A stretch of 64,000 nucleotides of DNA from Eledone cirrhosa (Eukaryota). Under the pieces are notes generated by a model, which was not told the DNA's origin, searched no databases, and saw only the letters and a program-made list of their open reading frames with translations. The position numbers were made by a program, and so were the translations under genes. The DNA lies in the NCBI GenBank assembly GCA_964016885.1, contig OZ024740.1, forward strand, positions 225,184,001-225,248,000, written 5' to 3'. How positions within the stretch are numbered: the stretch's first letter is position 1; each line of letters begins with the position of its first letter. This document shows, piece by piece, positions 54,815 through 64,000 of the stretch.

Positions 54815-56047
54815 GTCCAAGTAGGTCACGTGTTTTGCACAAGAAATGAAGAAGGCTTCAGGCTTCTAGAATTCTGCGACGCCAATGACATGTCGATATG
54901 TAACACAAACTTTAAAAAACCTGACAACCACCTATAGATCAGAGGAGCATTCTAGTCAGATAGATTTTATCCTCATCAGAGGACGTGACAGATGGACGGT
55001 CGTAAACACAAAAACCTTCCTAGGTGAGGAATGTACCTCCCAACATAACTTAGTTGTCAGCGACCTCATTTTGAAAACTAGAGGAACTTTGAAGTAGAAG
55101 GCAACCTGGAGAAGAAATATCTGGAAGCTGAAAGACCCTTAGCCAGTAACAGATTTAAAGATATTTTACTCGACGCCTATGACAGTAAAGAAGAACAGAT
55201 AGAGACATTCAATGAAGAAGAGCACTGGGAGTTCCTAAAAAGTAACTTACTAAAGGCGACGGATGAGATCTGTGGCTGGAGTAACACCTCAAGCAGGAGG
55301 AGAGTGACTTGGTGGTGGAACAATAAGGTAGATGAGGCAGTTAAAGCTAAGAGACGGGCATGGAAAGAATGGACGAACGGGGGAAGCAGGGTACATGGAC
55401 CAGGAGGGAAGCTAGGCGACAATTATACTTAGCTAGAAGAGAAGTGGAGGATAGAAAATCCAAGCATGTTTTGCAACGTGAGGACCAGAAACAGGAAGTG
55501 TTCAAGATTGCGAGGTAGTGTGTCAGAGAGAATTGTGATGTCATTGGAGAGAAGTGTATCTGGAATGATAAAGGTGAGCTTGCCCTCACAAGTGCTGTGA
55601 AGAAAGATGCGTGGAAGAGTCATTATGAAAGATTACTAAATGAGGAGAATGCATGGGAAGAAGAGACCCTACCCTAAGTAGACCCTACTGAGGGGCCAGC
55701 AGTACAAGTCAGCAACAGCGTAGTAAGTAAAGCAATCAAAGATATGAAGACGAGTAAGGCAACCGATCCATCGGGTATAACTGCCGAGATGCTGAAGGAA
55801 TCTGGGTCGGTAGGTCACACCATCACCACACGAATTGTTAACCAGGTAACACTAGAAGGTGTCATACCAAAAGATTGGTGCAGTAGCATCATTGTCAACT
55901 GCTACAAGGGTAAAGGTGATGCACTAGATAGAGGAAACTATAGAGGTATAAAGCTGATGGACCAGGTCATGAAAGTAACAGAAAGAGTTACAGCACAGTT
56001 GATTAGGGACCGGGTGAAACTAGATGAGATGCAATTTGGGTTTGTCC
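54815..56047 (+). mobile_element. RTE family 2 internal fragment
   Basis: SQIDFIL, NYRGIKL, QFGFVP. Homologous to 36500-37730. Confidence 0.9.
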
Positions 56048-56186
56048 CCCTTGCTTCTGCTGGACACCACCAGAGGGCGTTAGACCCAGTGTTTGCATAG
56101 CTACGGCTTCCTAAATGTTTGCTGTAAACGTAGCGTGTTTCTTTAGAAATACAAAATTTCTATATATATATATATATATATATGTA

Positions 56187-57532
56187 TCATCATCATCATC
56201 ATTTTAGGTCCGTTTTTCAATGCTTGCAAGGGTGGGTCGGGTCCTATTCAGCACAGCATCTCTCCACTTGTCACTGTCCTTCGTCCTCTCCCCCGTGAGC
56301 TTCAGCAATCTGAGGTCTGCTCTCACCACCTCCACCCATGTTTTTTGTGGTCTTCCTCTATTGCATCTTCCTTCAACTGACATTTCTTGGCACTTCTTTA
56401 CCCAGCGGTCATCCTCCATGTGCATCACATGCCCATACCATCACAGTCTCAACTCCCGCACACTACAACTTATCCCTCTCAAACACAGTTACTCACTCAA
56501 CTCATCCATGCTCGGTCGTTCACGTACATTCCCATTGAAAATCCAACGGAGCATGCTTGCTTCATTTCTCTCCAGCCGTTGCATATCCTCTGCAGTTGCT
56601 GCCCAAGTCTCACTACCATGCAGCATCATGCACCTCACACAGGCATCATATAACCGGCCGTTCGTTATAATATATACAATCGATGGAAGCCGCGAAGTGG
56701 GGAGATCCAAGAAGACCAGGGATGAGGTAGTAAAAACCGACCTTACCAAATTGCACCTCTCAAGGGTGATGACAGAGGACCATGACCTCTGGCATCATGC
56801 AGTAATACAGAAGTCCCAACTTCCCACGGGTACAAGCCGAAGCTGAAGCATATAGACAATAATCCCCCACCCCCTCCGACTGCAAAGTAGTCATGGAGGT
56901 GCCATGGCAAAAATGCACCCAGCCCACACTGTAAAGTGGACATGTAGGTGCCATGGAAAAAAAGCACCCAGCACTCACTGTAAATGAGGTTGGTGTTAGG
57001 AAGGGCATCCAGCTGTAGAAATCAAGCCAGAATCAGTTCCCGTATGAGCAAGAAAAGGTCAGCCAACTGGACGCTGCCCACAACAGGACAACCCGTCTAA
57101 CCCATACTAGCGTGGAAGAACGATCCTTCGTCATCTCCTCCGTTAGCTTCAACAATCTGAGGTCCGCTCTCACCACCTCCACCCACGTTTTTCGTGGTCT
57201 TCCACTACTGCGTCTTCCTTCTACTGGCATTTCTTGAAGTTTCTTTACCCAGCGGTCATCCTTCATGCACAACTCATGTCCATATTATCGCAGCCTTCTC
57301 TCCCGCACACTACAACTTATCCTTCTTATACACAGTTACTCTCTCAACTCATCTTATCTTGGTCGTTCACGCACATTGCCATTGCACATCCAACAGAGCA
57401 TGCTTGCTTCATTTCTCTCCAGCCGTCGCATATCCTCTGCAGTTGCTGCCCATGTCACACTATCATGCAGGATCGCACATCTCATAGAGGCATCATATAA
57501 TCATCCTTTCTTACACAGGGAGAGACCCTTCT
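56187..57532. mobile_element. Three abutting RTE 3' fragments in -/+/- orientation
   Basis: Family 1 (-) 56187-56665, family 2 (+) about 56680-57121, family 1 (-) about 57124-57532. Confidence 0.85.
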
Positions 57533-57682
57533 TATATAATTATATATTTATAATTAAATATATATATATTTATAATTATATATATATATTCATATATTTA
57601 TATACCTATATTTATAATTATATATATATATTTATATATACATATATTGATATATATTCCTATATCATATATTTATATATAT

Positions 57683-60070
57683 AAATAATTACAACATTGG
57701 CATTAACAGGTACTCAAGTTTCTTTGTGTTCTAGGCCCCAACTCATTTATTCTGTCATGAGAAAAATAAAAACAAAGATGATTGCCTAGGATTGATTGTG
57801 CTTTCTTTTTAGGAATATAACAGCTAATTTAGAAAAAAGTTTAGAAAAAGGTTGGGTTTTTTAAAAAAATCATTGGGTAAGATCAAGGGAGGTAACTCTT
57901 GAAAGACCACTGTCAATTTTGAATGAAAATAGAAGCACAATAGTTTCTTCTAGTTGACTCAGAAAATTCAATTTACTGAATTACAATATAGTCAGTATAT
58001 CAAAAGATACTTGTAGACCTGTTAGTCAGGCCTATGCCATTTAACAAAGTATTCTTCTTCACATGGGGACAACCACCAAAGCAATCAAGCCGTGTGTTGA
58101 GGCAGTGCTTATCTGAAGCTAATTGTGAGAGTATCCACCTTTTTTCAGAATTACAAAGTTGACTAAATTTCGACCCATTTACGTAGGTGGTACATCTTTC
58201 CAAAATCAGCCATTTTATGGAGAAGGAGGTGGCGTTGTTCCTAAGGTCCCATACGTAGTTTGTGTACTGGGTGGTATGTTTTTTGTCGGGATATACGAAT
58301 ATATTTTCGTGATCCATGTACCGGTTTCTAAACGGGCTCTTGGACATTCCAACATAGGTCCAGGGTTCAGTTTAATAGAAGCAACCTCTGCTTGGTATAT
58401 ATCACTGCCGGAGTGTTGCACTGTTGGTCTAGTGGACATGTTTCAGATCTTCTACATGAACATCCGTATGGTGGAGGGCCTTTTTGTTTGCCTGTGATGT
58501 AGCTTTTTACATCGTTGGTGCAAGAGTATCCTATTTTTACTGTATGGTGATTAAATATATTTCGGTATTTATGACCAACAGGGAAATGAAGATCTATGAA
58601 GCCTAAGAATGTTTTGCCTACATTTGTTTTCACATTAAGTGAGAAAGGTGGTATGAACCATGTGACATCTTTATGTCTAGCTTTTTTCTTATTAGATGTA
58701 GGGCAGTGATCTGGAGAGTATGTGATATTCTCAGAGGAGCCGCTCTTCTTCAGCGCTAAATTATAGTAGGGTACCAAAGATGGCTTAGCTGGAGGAGAAG
58801 ATGGAAACCCTCTTACTAATGTTGTTAATGAGGTTTTTAAAAACTACTGTGGGGTGCCAAATTCATTATGGATGTACTGAAGTTTCTCACTGGGTTTGTG
58901 GAACGGTCTACAATTCGTACAACCTGTATGAATTAGATCAATCTACCTATAACCAACTCTTTAGCAAAACCATACAGGCTAAATACTAAAAATCTTACCC
59001 TGCTACCTATTATGCCATTAATGCTGATGCTAAGAATATATCCGCCACCCTTAGAGAAGGCAACAAATTAGAGTGTTTGGCTAGGAGAGAGGCCTATATC
59101 AGCCTTAAGGACTATAAGGTTGACTTTGACAACAAGCCAACAAGTAGATTTATAAACCCTGCTAAAACAGAGATAGGTCTTGTTAGTAAGGACACACAGA
59201 GGAAAATTAATATAGCCATTAGGAAACAGTCCAACCTTAATCAGAGGGATAATAGTCAAATAGTTGTAGATTCGTTTGATGTAGTCAAACACACTAAGAA
59301 AACCAGATTTACACAATTTGACATTATTGAGTTTTAACCCTTCGATATCCAGGACCTTACTTGATAACGCCCTTGATTTCGCTACTAAATTTACTAGCGT
59401 AGATGATTTGAACTCTTTAGTCATATCCCACTGCAGCGAAACCCTTCTCTTCTGCAATGGCAACCTGTGGATAAAAAGATCAACCACCAATGATCTATTT
59501 GATGTACCGATGGGATCATTTGACAGTGCAGATATATGGCTGATTTTGGAAAGATTTACCACCTACGTAAATGGGTCGAAATTTAGTCAACTTTGTAATT
59601 CTGAAAAAATGTGGATACTCTCACAATTAGCTTCAGATAAACACTGCCTCAACACACGGCTTGATTGCTTTGGTGGTTGTCCCCATGTGAAGAAGTATAT
59701 ATTGGATAAATGGCATAGGCCTGACTAACAGGTCTACAGGTATCTTTTGATATACTGACTATATTGTCATTCAGTAAATTGGATTATTTGAGTCAACTAG
59801 AAGAAATTATTGTGCTTCTATTTTCATTCAAAATTGACTGTGGTCTCTCAAAAGTTACCTCCCTTGATCTTACCAAATAATAAAAAAAAAAAAATGTTTC
59901 TAAATTTTTTTCTAAATTAGCTGCCCCAGCGTATACTCTTATGTTATATTCCTAAAAAGAAAACACAAACAACACTAGGCGGTCATCTTTGTTTTAATTT
60001 TTCTCGTGACAGGATGAATGTGTTGGAACCCAGAACACAACGAAACTTGAGTACCTGTTGTAATTATTTA
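57683..60070. mobile_element. Rearranged Penelope-like (Naiad-like) element with ~520-bp inverted 3' ends
   Basis: Minus 58000-58880: thumb, GCSCRRSETC (CxCx5C), GIY-YIG. Plus 58890-59535: RT (RFINPAK, QFDI, PMGSFDSA). 57690-58215 is inverted at 59537-60068. Confidence 0.9.
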
Positions 60071-60142
60071 TACGAAACTCGTGCTATCGATTGAGTGTTC
60101 TTACTCTTGGATATTTCCACTTAACTTTTACTTCAGTATATA

Positions 60143-64000
<3,858 letters not shown>

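Overview
AT-rich eukaryotic (animal) genomic DNA made almost entirely of repeats. The SINE types, RTE LINEs and dense (TA)n/(CA)n tracts suggest an octopus or other coleoid cephalopod, which is an inference. No intact host gene is supportable. Contents: decayed RTE-clade LINEs (at least 3 families, with a PHD finger inside the RT ORF), Penelope-like elements (RT + GIY-YIG; DKT and CxCx5C motifs, Naiad-like), two tRNA-derived SINE families (Nin/Deu-domain-like and CORE-like), mariner/Tc2/piggyBac-type DNA elements and a Helitron-like cluster. The main signal invisible to the ORF track is a dense set of type-I hammerhead ribozyme motifs: more than a dozen sites from about ten sequence families, folded by eye. 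They lie in Penelope termini and in small non-coding, terminally repeated or fold-back units sitting in (TA)n tracts (retrozyme-like), and several carry recurrent non-canonical core variants. Most ORFs in the track are microsatellite or antisense artefacts. Element boundaries are approximate.
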